This document shows positions 31,761-44,914 of a stretch of 64,000 nucleotides of DNA, piece by piece. Location of the stretch: positions 54,002,001-54,066,000 of the forward strand of contig NC_079166.1 in assembly GCF_947568905.1 (NCBI RefSeq), given 5' to 3'. The notes beneath the pieces were generated by a model that made no database searches, had not been told where the DNA came from, and was given only the letters and a program-made list of their open reading frames with translations. This DNA comes from Ostrea edulis. Taxonomy: Eukaryota. Position numbers and translations under genes: made by a program. The number at the start of each line of letters is the position of its first letter. The first letter of the stretch is position 1.

Positions 31761-34700
31761 ATGCCTAGGTGTGGATGTGGCCACCGCTTTCCCTCTGTAG
31801 ACTCAGACACAGAGGATGAGGACAGTGATGATGAATACGTGCCATCTTGGATGAAACTTTGGGAACAAAGAGAGAAAAAGTTCATTTCGACAAGAGCCTT
31901 CAAATTGGCAGAGAAAACATTACGAACTTTTAACAAAGTTATCATACAAGGAGAGACTGGATGTGGTAAATCCGCCATTGCTCTAAACATAGCATTAAAG
32001 TATAGGTCTCGGAAGTGGGAGGTTGTAATGGTGAAAAATATCAGAGACATTAAATCTGCTCCTGTGAAAAGAAAATCCGTTCTCTTCATTATCAACGATC
32101 CGATAGGAAAAACTGCATTGGACGAAAAATCATGTAGACGGTGGTACTTACAGAAGAATTTGCTGAACCGTTATTTTTCGACAAATGGGCAGAATGAAAA
32201 AAAGATCAAAACTCCAAAAGTTATTGTGACTTGCAGGTCGACTCTTACTGAGAAGATTCTTGAATGCTATTTCAGTAAATTCACTGTCATTGATATGGAC
32301 GAAGAGGAGATTAAAATCTGTAAAGAAGAAAAAGAAAAAATTTTAAAGAAGCATATAGATTGTTCAAAACTTACTGAAAGTGATATCAATGAATTACTTA
32401 AAACTGAAAAAGCATTCCCCTTAATATCTGATATGGCGAATACCTGCAAAATTCTTGAAAGGGATTTACAAGCATTTTACAGAGAACCCTTTGAAGAAAT
32501 AAAAAAGGAAATTTTGTCTTTGAAAGACAGTTCAAAAGAAAAGTTTTTATGTCTGTTTCTACTTACCTTGAGTGGAAATCGATTAACGAAAAGCAGTTTT
32601 GAAGAGGAAATACATGATTGTGATGACACAAATAGCATGTACGAGGAGAATAGGATAGTCAATGATGACAGAGAAAATGAAAAGAAAAACAATGAGAAAA
32701 ATAAAGAGGCGTTTACTAACAACTATGATGGTGGTGACAACAAAGATGATGAAAATAAATATGTCAGCGTCAACAGCAATGATGAGGAANNNNNNNNNNN
32801 NNNNNNNNNNNNNNNNNNNNNNNNNNNNNNNNNNNNNNNNNNNNNNNNNNNNNNNNNNNNNNNNNNNNNNNNNNNNNNNNNNNNNNNNNNNNNNNNNNNN
32901 NNNNNNNNNNNNNNNNNNNNNNNNNNNNNNNNNNNNNNNNNNNNNNNNNNNNNNNNNNNNATGATAGAGGACGTATCGGAAATTTTAAACTTTCCAGAAA
33001 ACTTTTCTAAAAGAATTCTCTTCGAAAACTTTAAGTATCTCAGGGGTCACTACTTCGTGATGAGAGTGGGTAAAATTTTTCAAATTACAAACGATTCGTT
33101 TTTGCTGGCGTTGACTCATATATTTTGTACACATTTTCCAGAACTATTCTTGAAATACTGTCCAAGTAAATTCTTTCGTACTTTGACAACTTGCTCGATT
33201 GCAAAAGGGGGAATCTTTCCAAACGTTCAATTACAAGACGCATATATCAATTCATTTGTGGATAGAATTCTGGAAGATATAAAGAATGGCACATTTTTGG
33301 ATGTTTTTCTGAGTCCTTGGATCCGGGATGTGAGAGTCTTGTCCAATCTGCAAATGCGATTCGAAGCAATCCCGTACGAAGATCTGATACGGGTGACTTT
33401 AACATCAAAACTAGATGCTGACCTTACAATTGCAAGCTCGGAAGTACGAAAAAAAATGACTGGCTTGTCTCGACTGGATTTCATTGCACTAAGTAAGGAA
33501 GTATCTCCAATAATTCTGTCACTTATATTAAACCTGAACGATCTTTTCCACACCATGTTCACATTGATCAGAAAGAAGGCCGAGAATGAAGACAGATCTG
33601 AATGCTTCAAGAATGTTCCTTTAATGTGCGCCTGTTGTGTCAATGGACGAGAAGATCTTGCCAGACTAGTCATAGATAATGTTGATGACAAACATACATG
33701 CTGGAGTAAACAAGAAAATATCTACCCTGTGCACATTGCTGCCAACTTCCTGAACACTGACGTCTTAGGTCTTCTTTTAGATGGGGAGTGTGATGTTAAC
33801 ATAACAACACAAAACAAAGAATCGCCTTTTTTCTTGGCATCAGCAGTCGAAAAGTACCATCTCCAAAATATCCACTGGACTAGTAGTCAGGCAGTGGGTC
33901 ATTCCGCAAGAAAATACGAAGAGTTAGTGGAAGAAAACCGTTTAAAGACCCTTACTCTTCTTGAACAGAAAGGTGCAAATGTAAACAATCATCCTAGTGA
34001 ATTACCTTCTGCCCTTGCTTTTTCTTGTCAAAGGGGATATGTCGATACAGTTCAGTTTATGATTAGGAATGGTGCGAATGTGAAAGAAACTGACGAAGAA
34101 AACCTTAATGCGCTACATTTTGCTTCAGAAGTAGGGAATATTGAAATTGTTCAATTGTTGCTGGAGAGTGGTGCAGATATAAATCTCAGTACCACAAGAG
34201 GCCCGATGCCATTATATTTAGCATCCCTTAATGGACACGTTGATGTAGTAGAGATGTTTCTTTCTAAAGATAGCACCCAAGAACTAAAAGGGAGATTGAT
34301 ATACAAGCCGTTCTCCGTAGCCTGCAAGCATGGCCATAAAAGGATCGTTGAAAGGCTTTTAGAATATGATAATCGTACATTATCTGATGACACTTCATCT
34401 TTGTCGACTGCTGTTGGTAATGGGCACAAGGAAATTGTTGAATTGCTTTTGAAAAATGGCGCTGATGCAAATATTTCTAAAAATGCAAGCAAGATAAGCC
34501 CTTTATATTCTGCTGCTGGTTCCGGATATGATGATATTCTTAAATTATTACTGAACAGTGGTGTGAATGTTAACATGGAAACAAAAAATGCAAATACGGC
34601 TTTGGATATTGCGTCACAGAATGGCCACCGTTTGAACGTTCAGATATTACTAGAAAATGGTGCAAATGTCAATCATTGCACTATACAACAAGCAACTGCA

Positions 34701-36401
34701 TTATTCTATGCGGCAGATAATGGTCACTATGAAATAGTGATGCTACTTCTACGGAAGAAAGCAGATGTGAATATCTGCACGAAAAACGGAAACAGTCCCT
34801 TGATACGGGCTTCATCTTGTGGATATGAAAATATAGTTCGCGAACTTCTGAGTCATGGGGCTGATGTTAACCAATCCAATGTTGCGGGGATAACAGCACT
34901 GTATTTGGCGTCTGAAAATGGACATACTGATATTGTAAAACTTCTGTTAGTCAACAAAGCAGATGTCAACTTAGGTAAAAAAGATGGAAGCACTTCAATG
35001 TATATTGCATCTCGATATGGGCATCATGGAATTGTTCAAGAACTGTTAAAACACGGTAAAAATATCAATGGCACGAGCTCGAAAAACCCTTTGTTAATAG
35101 CCTCCTATTTCGGACATTATGACATTGTTGAAATTCTTTTGGGAAACGGGGCGAATGTTAACGTGCAGGATGACGTTGGAGACACTCCTTTGATAACTGC
35201 GTCGAGAAAGGGATGGAGTGGAATCGTGAAAATTCTTCTGAAGTTCGGAGCCGATGTCACACTCTGCAACGAAGAAGATGACGAAAATGCTTTACACTAC
35301 GCATGTTTTCGAGGTCATACAGACGTGGTGAAAATACTACTTGATCATGGAATGGATATTGATGACTATGACGAATACACGAACACGCCTTTACAGAAAG
35401 CTTTAGAAGGGGAACATCTGATGACTGCATTGTTTTTGTTAGATCATGGCGCAAATGTGAACATTGTAGCATGTGACACATCTGCTCTTTATTTAGCATG
35501 CGACATCGGATTTAAGGAAGTAGTGGATATTCTTCTAGAGGCCAATGCAGAAGTTAATCCCAAGAACCCCGACGGTTCTTCTGCATATTCTCCTCTTTTT
35601 GCTGCTGTCGGGAATGGTTATTTTCAAATTACCAAAGAACTTTTACGCCATGGGGCTAATATCATCGATACGAAAAAATTTGGTGGGGAAACCTTGCTAG
35701 TAAAGGCCATTGAGTCTCGAAATTCTGGGATAGCAAAGCTTCTCATCGAACATGGAGCTAACGTCAACGAACAAGATGAACGTGGAAACACAGCTCTGCA
35801 TGCAAGCGCTTATTATACTGACACCCTAGATTGCATGACAGTTCTATTGAACAACAATGCCAATCCAAATGTTTCCAACTGTGACGGAATTACTCCAATG
35901 TTGATGGCACTGGAAACACGACCCGAGAAAAGGGATCGAATTCAGGCTCTCGTTGATCATGGAGCTAATATTAATGCTCGAGATAATTCTGGATATTTTG
36001 CACTGCAGTCGGCTTGTATATTCCCTGATCAAGATAATGTTGTTGCATATCTACTGAAAAATGGCGCCAATATCAATGCACGTAATGGAAATGGAGAAAC
36101 TGCTCTCTATGCAGCATCCAACACTGGCTATCTTCGGAATGTGAAAACACTCCTTCAGTATGGGGCAGACATTAATCTTTGTTCAAAAACTGGACTTAGT
36201 CCACTTGATATTGCGACGAAATTAGGAAACACAAAACTGAAAAAGTTTCTTCAGAAAAAAATACACGAGGGGAAAAATAACAGTATTTCTGATTCACAGA
36301 GAGAGATTGTCGTGGCCAAGCAGAGTTCGGTAGCAACAGCTCTTCCAAGGAGAAGAAACTTTGCAAAGCTAACAAAGACATTGCGCCAAAAGAGATTTTA
36401 G
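31761..36401 (+). CDS. Paralogue A, copy 2: nSTAND3-like NTPase plus ~26 ankyrin repeats, 1546 aa
   Basis: Open frame. Differs from copy 1 by V-L>V-S just after the N-run, RI>RT in the ankyrin region, and a 171-N run (32790-32960). Confidence 0.85.
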   Translation: MPRCGCGHRFPSVDSDTEDEDSDDEYVPSWMKLWEQREKKFISTRAFKLAEKTLRTFNKVIIQGETGCGKSAIALNIALKYRSRKWEVVMVKNIRDIKSAPVKRKSVLFIINDPIGKTALDEKSCRRWYLQKNLLNRYFSTNGQNEKKIKTPKVIVTCRSTLTEKILECYFSKFTVIDMDEEEIKICKEEKEKILKKHIDCSKLTESDINELLKTEKAFPLISDMANTCKILERDLQAFYREPFEEIKKEILSLKDSSKEKFLCLFLLTLSGNRLTKSSFEEEIHDCDDTNSMYEENRIVNDDRENEKKNNEKNKEAFTNNYDGGDNKDDENKYVSVNSNDEEXXXXXXXXXXXXXXXXXXXXXXXXXXXXXXXXXXXXXXXXXXXXXXXXXXXXXXXXXMIEDVSEILNFPENFSKRILFENFKYLRGHYFVMRVGKIFQITNDSFLLALTHIFCTHFPELFLKYCPSKFFRTLTTCSIAKGGIFPNVQLQDAYINSFVDRILEDIKNGTFLDVFLSPWIRDVRVLSNLQMRFEAIPYEDLIRVTLTSKLDADLTIASSEVRKKMTGLSRLDFIALSKEVSPIILSLILNLNDLFHTMFTLIRKKAENEDRSECFKNVPLMCACCVNGREDLARLVIDNVDDKHTCWSKQENIYPVHIAANFLNTDVLGLLLDGECDVNITTQNKESPFFLASAVEKYHLQNIHWTSSQAVGHSARKYEELVEENRLKTLTLLEQKGANVNNHPSELPSALAFSCQRGYVDTVQFMIRNGANVKETDEENLNALHFASEVGNIEIVQLLLESGADINLSTTRGPMPLYLASLNGHVDVVEMFLSKDSTQELKGRLIYKPFSVACKHGHKRIVERLLEYDNRTLSDDTSSLSTAVGNGHKEIVELLLKNGADANISKNASKISPLYSAAGSGYDDILKLLLNSGVNVNMETKNANTALDIASQNGHRLNVQILLENGANVNHCTIQQATALFYAADNGHYEIVMLLLRKKADVNICTKNGNSPLIRASSCGYENIVRELLSHGADVNQSNVAGITALYLASENGHTDIVKLLLVNKADVNLGKKDGSTSMYIASRYGHHGIVQELLKHGKNINGTSSKNPLLIASYFGHYDIVEILLGNGANVNVQDDVGDTPLITASRKGWSGIVKILLKFGADVTLCNEEDDENALHYACFRGHTDVVKILLDHGMDIDDYDEYTNTPLQKALEGEHLMTALFLLDHGANVNIVACDTSALYLACDIGFKEVVDILLEANAEVNPKNPDGSSAYSPLFAAVGNGYFQITKELLRHGANIIDTKKFGGETLLVKAIESRNSGIAKLLIEHGANVNEQDERGNTALHASAYYTDTLDCMTVLLNNNANPNVSNCDGITPMLMALETRPEKRDRIQALVDHGANINARDNSGYFALQSACIFPDQDNVVAYLLKNGANINARNGNGETALYAASNTGYLRNVKTLLQYGADINLCSKTGLSPLDIATKLGNTKLKKFLQKKIHEGKNNSISDSQREIVVAKQSSVATALPRRRNFAKLTKTLRQKRF

Positions 36402-39009
36402 TGATATTCTCTCCTTTTGAATACTGTGTGACAGATTTTAGTGATATTCTCTCCTCTAGAATACTGTGCGACAGATTTTAGTGTTATTCTCTCCTTTTGA
36501 ATACCGTGCGACAGATTTTAGTGATATTCTCTCCTTTTGAATACTGAGCGACAGATTTTAGTGATATTCTCTCTTTTTGTATAATGTGCGACAGATTTTA
36601 GTGATATTCTCTCCTTTTGAATACTGAGCGACAGATTTTAGTGATATTCTCTCTTTTTGAATACTATGCGACATATTTTAGTGATGTTATCTCCTTTTGA
36701 ATACTGAATTGTTTTGGCCTCAACCAAACACATTTTGTTAATTCAAAATTTTGATTGATTTCATTGGTTTTAGTTTTTCAAAGTCATAGCAGATAAATGA
36801 TATGTTTCTGTTGTTTTGTAAACGTGCACTTTAAAATAATCATGAACTACCACCAATCTGGTTGATTTTATTGAATATCTATTGATCAGTTTATTAAATA
36901 AATCATTTTCTTCTCCCTTCATATCTGTATGTACTAGCACCCACCAAAACAGATTGCACAACTAATGAAACAATGGGCATATTGATTTTCTTCTTCAGAA
37001 TTATGATTGATTTCATTGATTTATTATTGGTTTTAGTTTTTCAAAGTTGTAGAAATAAAATGATATATGTACATTAGAATAAACATGAACTACATGTACT
37101 ACCAATCTGATTGATTTTTATTGATTATCTATTGATTAATTTATTGACAAAATTTGCTTTTCCCTTCCTAACTTATGTACTAGTACACCAAAAAGTATAC
37201 TGATGAAATGATTGATTTATTAATATTTTTGTGTTCAATAGAATTCAATTTGATATCAATTTACATATCATAAAAGTGTTACAATTGTGTTGTCATTATA
37301 ATGAATTCGATTTTAAGAGCAGCGCACATTCAGAACAGAGCACGTGGTCTTAATGTTTTCAATGTGCAGATACCACACATTTAGTGTCACTTGTTTAATT
37401 TCAAAATCAAAATAAGCACAGAGAAATGTTTGCTAGCATAATGATAATAGCCAATAAAACTAATGATTTTAGATTTGTATTTTAGTGTTCATTTATCTAT
37501 ACGTAGAATGAACAATGTAGATTAAAACGGATATGATGTATTATAAATATTTCTTTTTTGATTTCATAATTAAGTTTCAATACTCATTGCAAAAGTGACA
37601 AGTTCCCATGCTATGAAGACCTGGCCTGTCAGAATAAAGGGAATATCTATCACCATATTAAAGGATGGTGATGGAAACTTTTGCTGAAGTTGGAAATTCC
37701 GTTATACAGAAACAATGGAGCAGTCACTGTGATTAATATGATGTATGTACATTACAATTTTCTTATGCATGATATGTATTTTGAAATGCATCACTATTAT
37801 TATGATGTATGCATCATATGAAATGGAAAAATGAATTTTTCTCATCTTTCTGATGTATGGTATGCATTATGATTGTTATGATGTATGTTTGCATTATGAA
37901 ATAAGTATTTTAAATAAAAGATTTTTAAAAAACCCACTTCACCTTGCCTCCCCCTTTATTGAAAGCAATGTTACGTTACATACCCGATTATATTTATATC
38001 ATCATATGGTTTCATCGTGCTTTTACAAAAGCCTATTGGTATCATGTAAAAAAAAAAAAATTCACATTCCATTACCTCGTAATTACGAGATCTCGTAATT
38101 ACGGGATAATTATCTCGAAATTACGAGAAAAGATCTCGTAATTACGAGAAAATATTGACATATAGCCGAGTTGAACAACTTATTGATAGTCTTGGACACG
38201 TTTGACACTATTTCCCTCTTTGTTGATTGGTCAGCAAATCGAAATGATCTTATTCAAAGTGTGTGTGACGGTACATATTGTCGTCCGGTGTTGCATGATT
38301 TAGGAACGCTAAATACATACCTATAATTCTCGTTCCGGGTTATCACTAACGTTCAAGTTAAGTTCTATAATATGTAAATGTAAATTTATTTTTATATACC
38401 AATAGGCTTTGGTATGCTTTTCTTCCCAAGTGTCTGTTATTTATTTATTTATCTTTACAGATTACTCTTGAAAGTTTTGGTATTAATAATACCATATCTT
38501 GGACAGAATTAAGCACCAAATACTGGATATAGGTCTATACTCCTCCTCCCCCTTCCCACCTCTTCAATTTAACGATATTCTAAAATGTGTACGTTCTTCG
38601 TAAAATCGAATAAACTAAACTTTGTTATTACAAGAGATATGATACAACCTTAAAACTCAGCCCATAATAAAGATTTTGATACCGTTAGCTTTACAATACC
38701 CTATTTATTACTTTTATTTTATCTGTTCAAATCTTAGGACCCCAACGGTAAGCACACATCCTACTTCCAGTAACTGCAAAAATGAAGGTCATTGATCCTT
38801 TAAACATGAATAAATTGATAATATCTGGTTATTCTAGTTTAAACAATGTTTTATTCAGAAATAAGTTGATATTCATGATTACAAACTATATATTATGTAT
38901 TATAAAAGATAGCGAAACAAGTCAGAAGACTTTTATTAATCTCACTCTCACTCTCAACATGTTACAAGTGAGAGGTCAATGAAATTTCTAAGTATAATGT
39001 TTATATCAC

Positions 39010-39063
<54 letters not shown>

Positions 39064-40131
39064 GGATTTATAAAATTTTGAAGGGGAGGTTGTGATCCAA
39101 GTTTGTACTTTTTCTGCCCCAAAAGACCCTAAAATGACAAATAATATGACTAGATTTGTTGAACAAATTCATCCTATAGGGAGGGGGAGTTGCAACCCCC
39201 GTAATCCGCTCCTGGAAAGAGGGAGTACAGCACATGCAGTGTTATCCAAGATTTAAAGATAATTATATCGTTATTTATTTATTCCTTTGATTTATACCCA
39301 TGTACATGCATTTTTGTCAAAAGATATGTTTTTGAAAAGTCATGAAGCATTATACAATAATTGCTGTTTTTGAGGTCAATACGATGATTTAGACACCTGA
39401 GGAGTACAATATTCACCGAGCCCGAAGGGCTGAATTATTGTTTTATTATATGATTAAATGATTAAAAAACCCTTCAAGATTGTTCTTTGCTTTAATCATA
39501 AGTTTCAACGACCTATTTTTGGTCCTATGTGGAAAAAATAATTCCTTATGTTCACCTGGAAGGTCTATTTTTGGTCCTATGTGGAAATAATAATTCCTTC
39601 TGTTCACCTGGAAGGTCACGTGCAGGTAAATATAACGTAGTATGATTTCTACATTGTTGGATCTCAGCCAATTAGAGAGCGCAAGATCGCGACTACTTTT
39701 TCCGTCTTGGTTTTAAATTTTACTTTCCCCTTTCAAAGTCTCGCGAGACCCAAAGTATACGAGAATTTGGGCATGTTCGTAAATAATACCAGTTCTGAAA
39801 CACACCAAAAACATGCAATGGGATTTAATAAAAACTTGGTTTGTTTACAGGTACCACTCTGGATAAATCGAATGCAGGCCAAGAATGATATACGTTAATA
39901 ATAGAGAGATTAAATTCAACACAAGTAAGTTTCCATTTTGTTATCTAAATGTTAAATTTTATACAGAACCGAGTTATGCACCAGATGTATATTCTTAGTA
40001 TTTGACATTCATTTACGTTGTGGTATTTAGAAAAAGTATTTCAAAATTTTCTTTCCAAGATCCACAAAGGTAAGAATATATCAAATTAATATGGAAGTCA
40101 AATAGGAGTTTAAAGTTGTGCGAATTAATAT

Positions 40132-43100
40132 ACAAAAGTCGCACCTACCTATGCAACATTAACCCTATGTTATCTAGAACATAAGTTACATGATCAACTA
40201 TGTACGTTGTGGGGGGCAGAATTTGCAAATAATATACAGTCTAAATGGAAGAGATATTTAGATGATTGTTTTATCTTGTGGGATGATGATGTCGATAAGT
40301 TATCGGAGTTTTACGATCTACTAAACCAAATGAACTCGAATATCAAATTCACGATGGAAACAGATGATACGCAAATGCCATTTCTTGACGTTCTTATATT
40401 AAAAGAAAATACCAGCTTAAATACGGATATTTATTAATTAAAGAATCCGCCTGATAGATAAAACCAAAAAACTGGCTGTAATAACAGTCCATGACTCATT
40501 GCAGTGAATAACAGACACAAGCAACGTTTACCAATTTATTCATATAACAGCAATGACACATTCGGGATATACTGAAATGGACAATATCGGCCGCATGTGA
40601 AAATTTTGTGGGGTAACTGGGGAGTCGCCCAGTGAGCCAGTTTAACTTAACTTGTAAGGGGTACACTGGGTGGCCCGAGTAAAACATTCAGTGCCCAGAC
40701 CTGAACGGACGCCAGCGTTCTAAGGAGGTAAGCGAGACCCGCCCTTCTCACCCTGTCTCCTGCAGTGCTACCTGTTATGTACATTATCATGTTGGACATA
40801 AGCCCCAAACATGCATCAGACTGTAGCATCCCCTCACTGAAGTGAGGTGGATGTGGGCCCAACCGTCCCCGGTGGTGGCCCCACTATTAGTTTACTTGTT
40901 CTAACTTGTACGACTTTTAGTACTGTAAATTGCAATCTGATTAAAACCAGATCCTGAGATCCGCTCACTTAGATCGCTACACTAGGATCTGACGTAACCC
41001 CATATAGGGTCACGTCCGCATGACCTTTCGTTAAACCAATGAAATTCACCCTGTCGATTTATACCAACGATAATTTTTCTCCCATGAACCTTTGCGTCAT
41101 TTACGTTAGAGATGCAAAAAAAAAAAAAATGACAGACGACTGCACACCTGTCAAAACATGCGATTTAAACAACGTCTGTATTCTCTGCGGGTTTTCTTTC
41201 ATTCAAACGCTAAAAAATCCCAATGGAGTTCACAATTCAAGGAAAATGGCTTCGATTGTTTGGTTTGAAAGAAAACATATCACAGCTAGATGCGACGTCA
41301 CAATGCACCGTTTACGTCGACTGGCGTTATATTCCTCGCGTTATTTAAGTAGACCATCTTGAAAACTATTCAATTCGTACCCGTCCCTATTCATACATAA
41401 ATCTGAATTCACAATTAATTTAATTTGGGTATATTTCATATCGTACGTTTTGTTGTTTGAATGAACGGAATAGATTAGGCATTATTGCGAAAGTTTAAAA
41501 TTCGTTATGCGAGAATATACAACTTTACAGTGTGGAATAAACTTCGTGGGAGACAGATTGCAGCAATTTGTTTACGAATTGCCAGGAACCGCCTAAATAG
41601 CCATCATTGTCTGTATGGCGCAATCTGACTGGCTGATAGTTCTCATGAATATTCCAAGCGAAAGGTCATGCGGACATGACCCCCTATGGGGTTACGTCAG
41701 ATCCTAGTGTAGCGATCTAAGTGAGCGGATCTCAGGATCTGGTTTTAATCAGATTGTGTAAATTGCCCCCTGCTTTAGAAGCAGGTGGGGGAAACAACCA
41801 GGTTTTGGAGCATAAACAGTCATCACATACCATTACCGACTCCCCAGTTCGGCCACAGACATTGGAACAATGTCCCCCACAAAAACTTGTAGGATTAAAA
41901 GCTGAGTGAAACTCAAAATACAATAAAGAATTACATGGATAAGAATAAGTCATTTGATCAAACCACAGTACTTGAAACTGGAGTTGCACAAAAATTACAG
42001 TAATCGCACAATCGGCAAACAGCAACAAGCACGAAATGATAAATTACTTGTGCGGCGGGTAAGAAAAACCTTGACATTTGAAGAAAAAGAAAAAAGAAAT
42101 TCCAAGGCCGCTTGATATTGTTGAGAAATAATTGATTTCCCAAGACCGACATACAGACGAGTGCCATCTGTTCGGAACAACTCAATCTCAGTAGCCTTGA
42201 TGACATGGTTGTGTCCAATGTACAAACCTCTAACCTGGTTAGCCATGAATTTTTATCATGCAGCTATGGGCAACATGCCAATATCTTCTAGGTACTGAAA
42301 ACGTGTCGTGGGAGTGCCATCCGCATGAAAAGAGCAATATATAAGTAATGGGAGGGGGGCTATAAATATGCCTTAATTAGTAGTGTTGGGCAGATAATTT
42401 GACAACCTAGGGGTTTGCCGGTTTGGATGGTCTTGGACCTATGTGAAAATACCAACGCTTGACCTCGCTGGTTTTGAGAATCTTGTGGATTCGACGATGA
42501 CAAAACTCACTGACTGCGCAAACCGTAAAAATGCCAATGAAAAGGCTGCTGAAAAAATAAGACATGATTAAAAAAAAAAAGGCGAGCGACATACTGATGT
42601 TAAAACACGAAAGATTTTAACAAATAATTGGTAAGATATAGGAAGTCTTGATATATTGAGACACCTATAACCCGCTTGACACCTTCTAGGGATGAGAGAA
42701 ATTTGATTGGTTGTTTATGTACATCAACCAGAATTCGCTGTGAATTTTGCCCCAAGACATAGCAGGATTGGAGGCCTTACGGAGTCGGAATTGGTCGTCA
42801 TACTTTTGCCAATTTTGTGAACGATTAGCTGCAAGCCTTATATCTCGCATGTACTTAAGCATTTCTTGGGCCGTTTGACTATGTTGAAGTACAATGCTCA
42901 TGTAAATCATGAAGGTTGATGTCCACTTTTCTATGTTCAAAAAGGAGTTAAGTTGGCGCTTGACTACGTATAGCTTGCCATTGACAAGTTGTAAATCCCC
43001 GTGGGACTCAAATTGCTCCAATTCCGTAGCAGATTTGAGTAGGACAGACAGATCAATAAATCCCCCCTCCCATATTTTTTGCTTGAGTTTAAGCGGGACA

Positions 43101-44914
43101 TGACTGCCGATATCATCGTATGTAGATGTAAATTGACAAGGTAAAGCCAAGGGTAAATATGACGCTTGGTTCAACAAAAAATTGCAAGACTCACCCGGGT
43201 TATCCGGTGTATTATCGATTGGGAATCGAGGGACCTCCTCAGGGGGTTGTGCCTGCCCTTCTGCAGGGGCTAGTCGATCCGTCCAAGGTGTGGTCGTGTG
43301 ATTTGGACTTCGTTCCCGGAGTTGAGCTGTTGTCCGACGATTACGTTTCATCCCGACCCCCCTGGCCGGGGATTTCTGGGTCGCTGCTCGTTTTTAGGTG
43401 GCATTCCTAATGCAGGAAAAAATTGTCAAAAAGCTATGTGTAGGGAATAAATCCAAAAAAGGGGAGAAAAAACTTCGGCCACGTGCTTGGTTTCCGCCTC
43501 AAATACAAGAATCACGTTGCTGCTTCGGTTGGAAAAAGTGTAATGAATGGGTTCGATCACAGGGAGTACCGAGTGTGACGTAGTGCATACAAATTAACTT
43601 GTACCATCTAGCCGCTAAAGTCACGTAGACCCGACCTACAGGGTGTATCAAAATTAATATGGACTATTTGATATAAACTCAAATAATCTCGATTATAAGC
43701 CCACAGATACCCACCAATACCTGTATTTCGGATCGTGCCATCCCCACCATACTAAAACAGCTTAACCATATAATCTCGCAAGAAGGATTTGTACCATTGT
43801 CAGCAATATCGATACGAGGGATATCCGCTTGGAGGAATTAAAATTGTATTTATTAAGCCAAAAATACCCAGAACAACTTGTAGACGATGGAATAATGAAG
43901 GCTAAGGAGTGCGATAGGATACAGCTACTTTCAAACACACGATGTGCTAATGACGGAGAAATAATACCATTTGTACACACTTATAATCCGAGAAATCAAA
44001 ACATCAATTCAATTGTTTATGAATTAAACAAGCTACTTGGGGAAGATGAACAAACAAAAGGCATATACAAGAACTGTCGTTTTATTAGCAGTAAACGCCA
44101 GCCCAAAAGTCTTAAGAGAATACTTTGTTCCTCCCAATTAGATGACCGTACTTATACAATGTCAAAGAGTACTCACCCTCGATGCGGTACATGTGACTAC
44201 ATTACAGAAGGGACCAGTTATAATTTTAACGGACGAGAATTTAAAGTTAATGCTAACATGTCATGCGATACAAAGGATGTCATATACGCCATCACATGTC
44301 CTGGATGCAAGGAATATTACATTGGTGAAACTGGCAACACTCTCCGTGCCCGTGTACGTGTACATAAGCAGCACATCAGTACACCTGAATACAGACAAAT
44401 CCAGTTAAGTGCACACCTGGAAACGTGTGGTAAAAAACGATTTAACATTTTCCCATTTTATAAACTCAGATGTGCCAGTGCTATTCAGAGATGGGAAAAA
44501 GAATAACATTTCATTGGTATTCTAAAGCCAAAACTTTTAATAGTCTTTTATAATTGCCTATGATTTTCCCGTACTTTTTCCAGATCATTGTTTTACATTA
44601 TCCATGACGTCACAATATAGACATTTAACGTTCCGCTTACTTTGACGTCATAATCACTGTTACTATGATACTGCTATGTATACATTTTTGTAAAGCTTCT
44701 GAAGATGTAATGAAAGCGCTAAAGCTTTACGGAGGATTTCTGTATTTTCTTTTCATATTTTTTAAATATATATATATATATATATATAGGGTGAATAATT
44801 CGTCCTCCAAAAAGTGTGAAAAATACAAAAACATTTACCAACCATATTAATTTGATTTATTTCATTTTCATCATTATATTTATGGTGGCTCAATACACTT
44901 TGAACGAGTTTCTG
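40132..44914 (+). mobile_element. Copy 2 of the nested Penelope / DIRS-Ngaro / TIR-element stack
   Basis: Same structure as 11356-16148. DIRS/Ngaro part 40437-43691, TIR element 40933-41756, GIY-YIG ORF 43829-44506. Confidence 0.88.
44690..44730 (+). ncRNA. Minimal hammerhead ribozyme, copy 2
   Basis: Identical to 15914-15954. Confidence 0.72.
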